From: Geosiphon pyriformis uo1
Lineage: Eukaryota > Fungi > Glomeromycota
NCBI GenBank assembly: GCA_016748015.1
Contig: JAAOMT010000697.1
Span: 1-64,000, forward strand
Length of the DNA stretch: 64,000 bases
Direction of reading: 5' to 3'
Below the pieces are notes generated by a model. That model searched no databases. It was given only the letters and a program-made list of their open reading frames with translations, and had not been told where the DNA came from. Shown here in pieces: positions 27,805 to 38,781 of this stretch (its first letter is position 1; every line of letters starts with the position of its first letter). Both the position numbers and the translations under genes were made by a program.

Positions 27805-28720
27805 TAAATAAAATTTATATATTATTTAATATAATAAAATAAATTAAATAATCTAAATAAAACAATATTACTAATCTATTAAAACATAAATATTGTTATT
27901 AATATTCAAAAAAAATGCATATAATTTGTGTAAACCAAAACAAATACCAAAAGTTTTAAGAATTTTAAGCAATTTTACAACACTAATTAAAAGCAAAAAT
28001 AATAAATTATAGATTATAAATAGTATAAAACTATATTAATATATTAAATTGTCTTTTTTATAACTATTTTATACTTAAATTTATTAATTTTATTTTATTA
28101 CAGTAATTATTTTCAAACCACATATAAAATCTACAAGTTTACTAATAAAAATTTTAATATTTTTAAATACAAACAAAGCTTTTAATATTAATTATTAAAA
28201 ATAATATTTTTATAAATAATAATATATAATATATTATCAAATACACAAAAAAAAAGCAACTGTAATATATTAAGTAATAATAAATACAATTTTAACAAAG
28301 ATTTTTACAAAATAACATAATTTATTTTATATATAAAAATATGATTAAAGAATTCAATTTTTTTGTACTAAAAACAAAAAATATTAAACTATTTTTTATT
28401 ATATAATAATATACAAATAATAATATAAAGTTTTTATAAAATAAAAACATAAACCAATTATAAATTTACAAGTAAATTTAAAAATCATAAATAAATTAAA
28501 ATACTAAACCAAAAAAATCTAAACTCTAATTTATATTTTTAATTAAATTTTTATTAAAAATATTAAAATCTGGTCTAACTTTTTACTAAGTATATTATAA
28601 AGCTCTAAAAATATTATACATAAAATACTAAGTATTTTTAAAAACCACTATTTTATTAATCTTAATATATTTTTTATAAATACATATAAAAATATTATAT
28701 TTAAGCAGAATACAGTATAA
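27770..28720 (-). mobile_element. Highly degenerate LINE 3' end
   Basis: A (TTTA)n tail at ~27770-27805 is followed by AT-converted sequence colinear with the 3'UTR and ORF2 C-terminus. Confidence 0.6.
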
Positions 28721-28725
28721 TAAGC

Positions 28726-29637
28726 TATTATAAAAAAATACAAAGAAAAAAAGCTAAAAAAAACAGATAAAAAAATAGACCAATAGGAGAATAGTACTTA
28801 ATACATAAACACAATGTTAGAAAACTATAATACATTACTCAACAATAGCATATTGCTAGTGAATTATAATATACTGCTCAATAATATGAGCAATATTAGT
28901 GAATTATGGCACATTCAACAATATAAGCAATATTAGTAAATTAAGACATACTGCTTAACAATATAAACAATATTAAAAAAATTAGAGTATATTGCTCAAG
29001 AAAATATGAGATCTTATAGAACAAAAAATATGTATATATAGTGAAAGTATTAAAAACAGAAAAAAACAGAATCCAGTTTAGAATTACTATCTACAACTCA
29101 TTAATTATTTTATACTCTCCTTTCAAAAAATAGTTTTTCTACAACTTAAAGCAAAATTAAATCACATATCAATAAAATATCAATTACTACTTGAATCTAT
29201 TTTATTATTATTTAATTAAAAAATATTAAAATTGCTTCTACTTTATCAATACTTCATGTTGATAAAATTCAATTTTTAACAATATAAGACCAATAGCTCT
29301 TGATTATAGCTATTAATAAGATACTAATTTTTAATTTTTTTTAATTTTTTTTAATTTTTTATTTGTTGTTTTGATTTACTAACTGATTAAAAAAATTAAG
29401 CATTAAGTAATTTAAAGTTAAAAGGCATAACTACCAAAATAAACCAGTCGCTACACTAAAGAAAAAAATTTAATGGAATAACTATTTCAAGAGACTATTG
29501 AAACAACTGCTAAATCTTTGTTTATTATACAAAAAACTCAATCAAAATCTTCAGATATTACTAATACTACTCAGCTATTGAATATTAAGTTATAAGTTTG
29601 TTATTTGTATCAATATTTCAAATAATTATTTGTAATA
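28726..29637 (+). mobile_element. Degenerate Gypsy LTR, type-B U3
   Basis: Reverse-complement match to 1721-2565 (atagaccaatagg, gagcaatatt repeats, caatagctcttgattatagctatt, ...attatttgtaata). Boundaries approximate. Confidence 0.8.
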
Positions 29638-29699
29638 CAAATTAATCAATTTTTTTATTTTTTAAAATACTTAAATAGTTTTTAATTTTTAATTAAGTT

Positions 29700-30800
29700 A
29701 CAATAAAAAATTTATATTTGATAATACTTGCTATATAATATTTTTTAAGTTAACAATAATTATAAAAGTTTAGTAATACTATATTCAACTTAAATAAACA
29801 GATATCTAAAGTAGTTTAACTATTCAAATTTAAAAATTAGTATATATTTCAAAGTTAATAATTGTTTATAATTTTATTAACATAAAAAAAATCAAATTAT
29901 TTACTTTAATACTAACAACTATATTTATATTTAAAAAAAAAGCTAGTGTTTAAAAAACTTTAAAGTTTTGTATAATACTAATTTTTTTGGATTAAATTTG
30001 ACTCTATTTTTGCTGATTATATAATTAAAAAAGACCAAATTTATTTTTTTAAAGTAATATTTCACAATATTTAATTTCAATTCTGTTTTTTGTAATTGTT
30101 AAAAAACTTTTTATATATAAATCAAATAAGCTTTAAAAATTAATAAATAGATATTAATGTTATTAAGATAAACAATTATTAATTACCATAGGAGTCTTTT
30201 GTAAACAATATTTATAAGCTATTAGAATATTGTTAGTATATTGTAAAATCTAAAAAACATACTATTAAACTTATAATTTCTTTTTTGTATTGTGAAAACT
30301 GTTTTTAGCTAATTTTTAAGATTTATTTCTATTTGTCAATATCTATTTTCTAAATCTAAGATTAAGAAATATTTAATTTTATCAAAAACATTTAATATAT
30401 TGTTAATTTTTAGTAAAAAATAGATATCTTTAACTGTAATATTGTTGAGTTGACAATAGTTAACACAAAATTTGATTTTTCTGTTTTTTTTTAACAAAAA
30501 CAATTAATAAAATCTAAGAACTTTGTGATAATTGAATAAGATTATTGTAAAGTATTTATTGAAATTTTTTTTAATAAATTAATAACTAATAAGTAAGACT
30601 TAATATGTTTATTGGCATTTTAAAAAAGCATTTTTATATGAATTTGATGTTAAACAATATTAGTTTTTCTTAAATTGTTGTTGTTTTTTACAAATATATT
30701 AATATATTTGGTAATAAGTTGTTTAAATTGTCTTTGTTGTTGAGATTTTAAAAAATTTATGTTGATTTTTGTTAATTTTTCTTTAATAAAGTAGTAGTTT
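29700..30800 (-). pseudogene. Degenerate Ty3/Gypsy reverse transcriptase remnant
   Basis: The minus strand at ~30420-30505 reads IVFVKKKNRKIKFCVNYCQLNNITVKDIY, a decayed form of the VVLVKKKDG.RFCVDYR.LN..T.KD.Y motif. Confidence 0.7.
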
Positions 30801-31011
30801 TCTGTAATAGAAAATATATTTTGATTTAAAAGAAGTATGTGTTTTATAATTTAATAAAATTTAAAACAATTTAAGAGATATTATTCAATAAAAATTAACA
30901 AAAATCAAAAATAATAATATTATAAAATATTAACCAATTATTAAATAATAGTATAAATAGCATAAAGCAATAAATAAAATTAAAAAACATAATATGTATA
31001 TAATAGAATAT

Positions 31012-31991
31012 TATTATTTATAGAAAGTAGAAGTATTATTATAGTTAGAAAAATAGCCAATTAGAAATAAACATAGTAACAAAGGAATTCCAGGATTTTT
31101 CTAAGAGAATTACAGGATTCCAGAATTCTAGGATTCTTTATAAGAAATTGCAAAATTTCAGAATTTCAGAATTCCAGAATTTCTTTAAAGGAATTACAAG
31201 ATTCCAGAAATCTTATATAACACCAACTATATATATATAGCAGTAGTATTAAAAACAAAAAAATAATTAATACAAATTCAGAATTTGGTTTAGTTTCAGT
31301 TTAGTATTTCTTTTTTTATCTATTAATTAACCCTCACTTTATAAATAATTAATATTTACCAAAGTAAATTTATTAACAAAATATTAAATAAAACATACTT
31401 ATTATCATTCAATTCATATTACTATTGTTTGTTTGAGCCATTAATTACTCTTTTATTTATTAATACTTTATGTTGATAATATCTAATACTTAATTATACT
31501 AGAACAATAGCTCTTAATTATGGCTATTGATAGAATACTAAAATTTTTTTTTCTTTATTCTCTTTTATTTTTTTTATTTTTTTTTATTTTTTTTTATTTT
31601 TGTTGTTAATTTACTAACTGATTAAAAAAATTAACATATGAGGTACTAATATTAGGATATAGTATTGGTAAAAGACCAAAAAATAAGAATAGACACTCAG
31701 AATTGAGAATAACTTACCAAAAGATACTGATCATCAAGCTGAGAAAAAAATTGACAGAATATAGATATTCCAGAAAGTGATAGATACCAAAGCATATCAA
31801 CTTAAGGATTAGAAAAGAACTGGAAACATTATAAAAGAATATTACTATTGAATCTCTGTTCATTATACAAAAAACTTCACCAAAACCTTCAGATATAAAC
31901 ACTTTCAAATATTACCCAACCATACAAGCCATTAAACACCAAGTTATAGATTTGTTATTTGTTTTCAGATCTTAAATAATCATCTGTAATA
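31012..31991 (+). mobile_element. Gypsy solo LTR, type-A U3
   Basis: Decayed termini (tattattt.../...tctgtaata), GGAATTCC repeats at 31083-31210 and the conserved core at 31460-31540. Flanks atat/atac may be a mutated 4-bp TSD. Confidence 0.83.
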
Positions 31992-32849
31992 ATACAAAAC
32001 ATGCACAAATATATCTAATTTAATATATTTATGAATAAATAAGCCAAAAAGCATTTACAATTAAACAAAAAATCTAATAACTTAATAATTACTTATTAAT
32101 TAGTTAGAAAAAACATAATCATATATAACTTAAAATATATATATATATATAATAGTTTTCTAACTAAAAAAACAGATTAATAAGAAATCAGAAAAAAAGA
32201 AATTAAATTATAATTTTAAGAAAAGCTGAAAAATATATCTTCTTTAAATTTATTAAAAATAGAATATTATTTTACTATAAGTAAAAAAATACAAATGTTT
32301 AATATTAATATAAGATAAAAAAAATATTTTTACAAAAACTTTAAAAAAAGACCCAAACAGAAGTGTAAAGATATAGAAATTTTTCTTAAAAAATTAGTAT
32401 AACAATACCTATTAACAGCAATTTTAATAGAAATATTATACTATACATTAAATCAAATAAAAAAACATTCATTAGAAAAAATTATTTAATACTTACTAAG
32501 AGTTAAAAAAAACTTACCAAGCTAAATTTTTAAATTTTTAAATAAAAAAAATAGTAATAATTTATCAAATGAAAATTTAGTATAAATTAAAAATAGTACT
32601 TATTAAAACTAATATATTTATCTATATGTAATAATTAAATATTTTTTAATATTATCTTTTAATCTAAAACTATATTTAAAGTTAATTATAATACAATTCT
32701 TAAAAAAACATATCTTATAATAAGAATTTTTTTTAAAAATGTTGCTATATATTATTCCAATTTTTAATTTATTTAATAAAACAATAAAATGGCTATTAAG
32801 ATTATAAAATATAATTAAGAACTTTTTCATTTCTTTAAGAGAATAAATA

Positions 32850-33560
32850 TTAGAAATTAAAATATTATATTTTCTGCAAATTTGTTTATTGAATTCAAAA
32901 ATTTATTAAGTAGTAGTAAATTTTGAACAGTTGTAGATTTCTTGATATTTTTCAAAAAGTAGAATAGTAATTAATTGAAAAAGTTAAAAAATCTGGTAAA
33001 ATTTATTTTGTATATTAAGAATTATATTAACTGAAATTGTGAATTGTTTAATTAAATTAAAACTTTGTGTTCTTTTTTCATTTTTTCTTAATTGTTTTCT
33101 ATTGTTTACAGATTGTAAACCAAAAATATTAATTAGGAATAACTAAATAACTTGGGCAATTTTTTTAGCATGTTTAATTTTAAAAAACTTTTTAGTCTTA
33201 TTTTATAACATAATAGTAATATTTTCAATATATTTTATATTAATAACTCTTTTTTTAATATTGATTTTTTTGTTTGTTAATAATAATTAAAAAGCAATTT
33301 AGATTATTGCTTTTGGTAGTATTTTAAAAATAATTTTAAGATTGATTTTTGTTAGTAATTTTGGTTAAAAAGCAAAGTATCTTTGTCAAAATATTGTAAA
33401 TTATATTCTGCATTAATTTTATGAGCTTTTTTTGGTTTAATCTTTGGTCTATTGTTGTTAAAGTATTTGAGTTGTATTGTTAACTGATTTTTAAAAAAAT
33501 AAATTAAAGTTGTTAATATTTTTTTTTGTTTAAATTTTCCAAATTTAATCTCATATTTAT
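32850..33560 (-). pseudogene. Degenerate Gypsy dUTPase-region remnant
   Basis: The minus strand near 33130-33175 reads HAKKIAQVI (dUTPase motif IV-like); otherwise very decayed. Confidence 0.45.
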
Positions 33561-33659
33561 TATTTTTAATAGATAATAATATGTTAAAAACATAATATTT
33601 TAGATATTATTAATTATTATAAGACATAATACATTCTTTATAAATATTCATTAATATGA

Positions 33660-34640
33660 TTTTTTGGATTGGTAATTAGTCTTGTTTTATTTCTAACTTA
33701 TTTGATTTTGATTATTGTTCTTGGTTTGTTCTGATTATATTTGATTTACAAAGTAATTTAAATACTGTTATTATTAAAACTGGTACTTTGAAAAAGTATT
33801 ATATCTAGTAAAAAACTTCTAAATGCTAATGCTGTTTTAAGTATTAAGACTTGGATTATTTAATTATTAATTATAAAATGTTTTTACCTTTCTTTCCTAA
33901 GACTTTTAAGACTTTTATGTATTATTTTGTTGATATTAAGTCTTATGCCAAAGCTGTCACTTTTATGTCTTTTAGTTTTTAGTTTTTCAGTTGGTTTTGC
34001 TCTTTTTGCTAATATAATAATTGATATTTTTGTGGTTTTTTTTTAATTAATCTCTTTGAAATTTAATTTGACTAAGTTTTTTGTTCTGATTAAGTCTATT
34101 ATTAAGCTGGTTGATTTTTTGATTATTATATTTAAACAATTTATTAATGATAATTTAGTTTCAAGTAAAGCACTTAGGTTTAAGATCAATAAAGTTATAA
34201 TATATATAAATGTTTTTAGCAAAGCTATTAATAAATTAGAGTATAAGATAATTATTTTAAAATCTAAATATGACTATAAAAATATTAATATAGCCAGTCC
34301 TTAGATAAATTTGTCTACAATAGATAATAATACATTTTTTAATTTAATATTATTTTAAGAATATAAATTTGTTACTATAAAGACCAAAATATTGAAAACA
34401 GCTAAATGACTAATTAAAATAGTTAATAATAATGCTATATTATTTGAAATTATTTAAAAGATGTTTTTTTTGAATAAGTTTTCTTTTAATAACATCAATA
34501 TAGTATAGTCTGAGCTAATTTAAGTAGTTAATTATATGTAAAAAATACATAAATTGTATTTAGTCTTAATATATTTAGTTTATGCCTAATATCTAAATAG
34601 TAGTTAGATTTTATTTATTAAATATATAATAAATAAAAAA
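33660..34640 (+). mobile_element. 5'-truncated copy of an ORF1-only non-autonomous LINE derivative
   Basis: Colinear with 36640-37608. Ends in an AT-converted LINE 3'UTR and A tail with no ORF2. A third, more decayed copy probably lies at ~34850-35300. Confidence 0.75.
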
Positions 34641-35375
34641 AACATATAAAATAAAATAAAAATATTTTTTTATAATTAGATTAATTAATTAAACTTAATT
34701 CTTAAAATTTGAAAAAAATTAAATATTTATTATAAATATTTAATAATATATTAATTAAATATAATAATTATTATAAATTTATATATCTTTTAAATTAATA
34801 ATTTGGTTTTAAATTAGTAGTTAAATTTTCTTTGTAGTTTTTTAATATTAATTAATAATAATAATTTGTTATTATTACTTTTAAATTCAAAATACTTTTT
34901 AATAAAATAATTATTAAAATTAATATTTATACAAAAATTATATTATATAAAAAACTTTTGAATATTAATATTATTACAAATATTAAAGTTTAAAAAACTT
35001 TGACTTTTAATTACAAATTGTTTTTTTTTAGTTTTTTAAACCAGTTTTATAAGTTTTTTGTAATATTTAAAATTTTTGTTAATTAATTTACTGATTTAAA
35101 GTTTTATACCAAAATTATTGTCTTATTTGAATTTATAATTTTGTTTTTTTATTGGTTTTATTATAATTTTAAAATTGATTTATTTAAGTTTAAACTTTAA
35201 AATTTATTAAATTTAATAAATTTGTTATTATTAAAATTATTTTGGTTAATTTAATTATTTTTTTTGTGTTAATTTAAACATATTTTGTTATAAATACTAA
35301 AGTTTTAAATTAAAATTTTATGTTATTTATTTGTTTAAAAACTCAAATGCAAACATTTTTTGTTTTTTTAATTTT

Positions 35376-37608
35376 ATGATCATAATTAAAGCAAAAAATA
35401 AAAAAGCTATATTTGATATATTTTCTAAGATATTTAATAAAGTTTCAATTAAAAAAGTTTTTTCTGTTGTAAAAATTGCTTGACAAAATATATTAAAGGC
35501 TTTTTTTTAAATAAAAATAATAAAAAGCTGTTTTTGATAGTTGTTAAAACATTTTACTTATTTTTAATTGGTTTTTTACCAGTTAAAATTCCCTTAAAAA
35601 ACACTTAAATCAGTTTTAATATTGTTTTTACTCTTACTAAGAACTCAAAAGTTTTTAATAATGAGACAATTAACAAATTGATTTTTTTAATTATTGCTAT
35701 TATATCTAGTATTATTAATATTATCTTTTTAAAAATAGTTAAAAAAACCAAATATTATAAAAAATAAGAATAGCTGTTTGCTTTTATTATTATTATATTA
35801 AACTTTTTTGTAATTTTAATAAAATCTTAGATAAAATCTTTATTGTATTATTTAATATATTATTTAAAATAAATTAAGATCAATTATTGGCTGTATTGTT
35901 AAATATAGTGTTTTTTAATAGATTATTGTCAGTTTTAAAAACAAAGCAACAGTTTTCTGTTGGATTATTTGTTCTTGGAAATTAGGTTAACCAAATAGAA
36001 ACTGAATTATTATTATCTTCTCTGGTTTTTAGTACTACTGCTAATAATACTTAGAAAACTATTGCTAGTCATCAAAAGTTTGCTAGATAAATAACTTTTA
36101 TTCTAATATTTAATGTTATTTTTAAAATCAAATTGCCTTATATTAAAACTGTTTTTTAGTTTTTTTATGGTTTTTTAAATATAAAACTTTTTTATGTGGA
36201 ATTTACTTCTTAGCAGTTTTTAAAAGTTGTATTTTTGGTTAAACTTGAGAGCTTTATTTATCTGGTCATTTTTAAAATTGCCAAATTTTTGGTGGTTTTT
36301 AAATTTAATTCTTTTTTTGTTATTATTGTATTGTATAATATACCTTTAGATATGTTTGTTGTTAATATTAAGATAGTTTTTAGTGTATTTAGTAAAGTTT
36401 TTTATGTTATGCTAAAACCTGTTAACATTTGATAATATGTAGTTGTTTACTTTAAAAATTTAAATATTATTACATTTATTTTGAATTATTAATCAGTTTT
36501 ATTGGACAAAAATAGTATTAGAGTTTTTTTTTTAATAAATCAAACTAAGACAATTTTGTTTTATAATAAATTTAAAATCAACTTGATCAATCTTTTTTTT
36601 GGCTGTATTGTTTTTAAAATTAATAATATAATTTTTTAAGTTAGTAGCCAAACTTGTTTTATTCTTTGTTTGTTTAATTCTGATTATTGTTTTCAGTTTG
36701 CTTTAATTATATTTGATTTACAAAATAATTTAGATGCTGTTATTATTAAAACTAGTACTTTAAGAAAGTATTAAATCTAATAAAAAACTTTTAAATATTA
36801 ATATTATATTTAATACCAAAGCTTGGATTATTTGCTTGTTAATTATAAAATGTTTTTATCTCTTTTTTTTAAGATTTTTAAGACTTTTGTATCTTATTTT
36901 ATTAATGTTAAGTTTTATGTTAAAGCTATTGTTTTTGTGTCTTTTTTAATTTCTGATCTTTTAGTTAATTTTGTTTTTTTTGCTAATATGATAGTTAATA
37001 ATTCTGTGTTTTTTTTTTAATTAATCTCTCTAAAATTTGATTTGGCCAAGTTTTTTGTTCTAATAGAGTCTATTGTTAAGTTAGTTGGTTCTTTGGTTAT
37101 TATGTTTAAACAATTTATTAATAAAAATTTGGTTTTAAGTAGTGTTTTTGGTCTTAAAATCAATAAAATTTTGGTTATATAAGTACTTTTAACAAGACTA
37201 TTGGTAAGTTGGAATAAAAAATAATTGTTTAAAAACTAAGTATAACTATAAAAATATTAATATGCCTGGTTTTTATGTAAATTTGTTTGTAATTAATAAT
37301 AATATGTTTTCTAATTTAATATTATTATAAGAATATAAACCTGTTGATATTAAAATTAATGTCTTAAAGACAATTGAATGGCTAATTAGATTGGTTAATA
37401 ATAATATTATATTATTTAAAATTGTTCAAAAGATGTCTTTTTTATATAAGTTTTTTTTTAAAGTATTAGTATAATATAGCTTGAATTGGCTTAAATAGTT
37501 GGTTATATATAAAAACCATATAAATTATATTTAGTTTTAAAACACTTAAATTATTCTTAATTTTTAGATAATAATTAAATTATACTTATTAAAACTTAAT
37601 AAAAAAAA
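35376..37608 (+). mobile_element. Near-complete ORF1-only non-autonomous LINE derivative (HAL1-like architecture), decayed
   Basis: A ~2.1-kb decayed frame from ATG 35376 has segments homologous to LINE ORF1 (IVLYNIPLD..FSVFSKV..KPVNI; SVLLDKNSIRV; QTCFI; CCHC remnant; coiled coil). It is followed directly by the LINE-type 3'UTR (~37475-37600) and an A tail. Confidence 0.72.
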
Positions 37609-38044
37609 CCTCTAATTAGCTTAAAAATAAAAAACACTTAAATTTTTAATGTACAAAATTTTAAATATCTGTTTGTAATTATAGTAAATTTTAATAAGTT
37701 GTGTAATAGATAGTATAAAATTAGTAAAAAAATAATATTTTATCAAAAAAAAACATATATCTGTTAATTATTTTGATAGAATAGAAAAATTAAATATTTT
37801 TGGTTTAAAAAACAAATAAGTATTTATTAACTTAAGTTTAAATAGTTAGTTATATATAGTAAAAGTATAAATTAAGCTTATAATGTAACTTTTAAAAACA
37901 GTTTAAATTTTTGGTAAAATTACATTTAATTAAAACATAATTAAAAAACTATAATATTTTACATTTTATATTAATTATTTAAAAACTTAATTTATAATAA
38001 ATTATAAGTATAATTAAATATTACAATAAATTGTACAATATTTT

Positions 38045-38122
38045 TATTTATTTATTGATTAACGAGTGAAGCTCAAACCAGAAAAAAAGAACATCGCAAA
38101 CGCGAACCGAAACTCATACCAC
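38045..38122 (-). mobile_element. 78-bp mini LINE insertion with a 12-bp TSD
   Basis: TSD GTACAATATTTT at 38033-38044 and 38123-38134. The insert is an ORF2 C-terminal piece fused to the terminal TCACTCGT motif and an A-rich tail. Confidence 0.85.
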
Positions 38123-38781
38123 GTACAATATTTTAAACTATATATAACAATTAAATATTAAAATTTTTGTAAAATTAATAATATTTAAACTTAAAATAAT
38201 AATATTAAAAATATATAAAAAAGGCTTTTTTTTAAGGTTTAATAATTAAATCAATAACTTTAAAATTGGCTAATTAACTTTATTAATGTTGGTTTTTTTA
38301 ATGTCAAAACTACAATTGAAACTTGTTAACAAATTATAATTATTAGAATTTAAAAATTTTGAGCTGGTTGGAACTTGGTTTTTGGAAATATTTTATAAGT
38401 GGACATTAGTCAAAAAAAACAAAAAATTTTTTAGCACACAATAACAAGTTTTGTTTAATAAAAACACATCAAAAGTCTACTCATGTTTAATTTATTGCAA
38501 TCTTTTTAAAAAATCACATAATTATTTTATTAATGAACTCAGTTACCCCAAATATGAGAAGTTTTTTCATGTAAACTGTGAATAAAACTAAATTTTAACA
38601 ATTGACTTATTTCATATTGTTCTAATTAAAAATAAAAACACGTTGGAAGTGAGAAAGTAATCCAATTTTAGCAAGTGGGTTAAGGCTGTTGAAAACCAAT
38701 TCATCACAAACGCTTGTTCGTTGGATCGCTCCAACCTATCATTGTGGCTTGCGGCTATTTTAGTTTATTTTTTTCATTGTC

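Noticed and set aside
21881-32830. Short F/L/I/K/N-rich ORFs in AT deserts as membrane proteins
   Set aside because: The composition is a by-product of AT conversion of dead TEs or LTR repeats.
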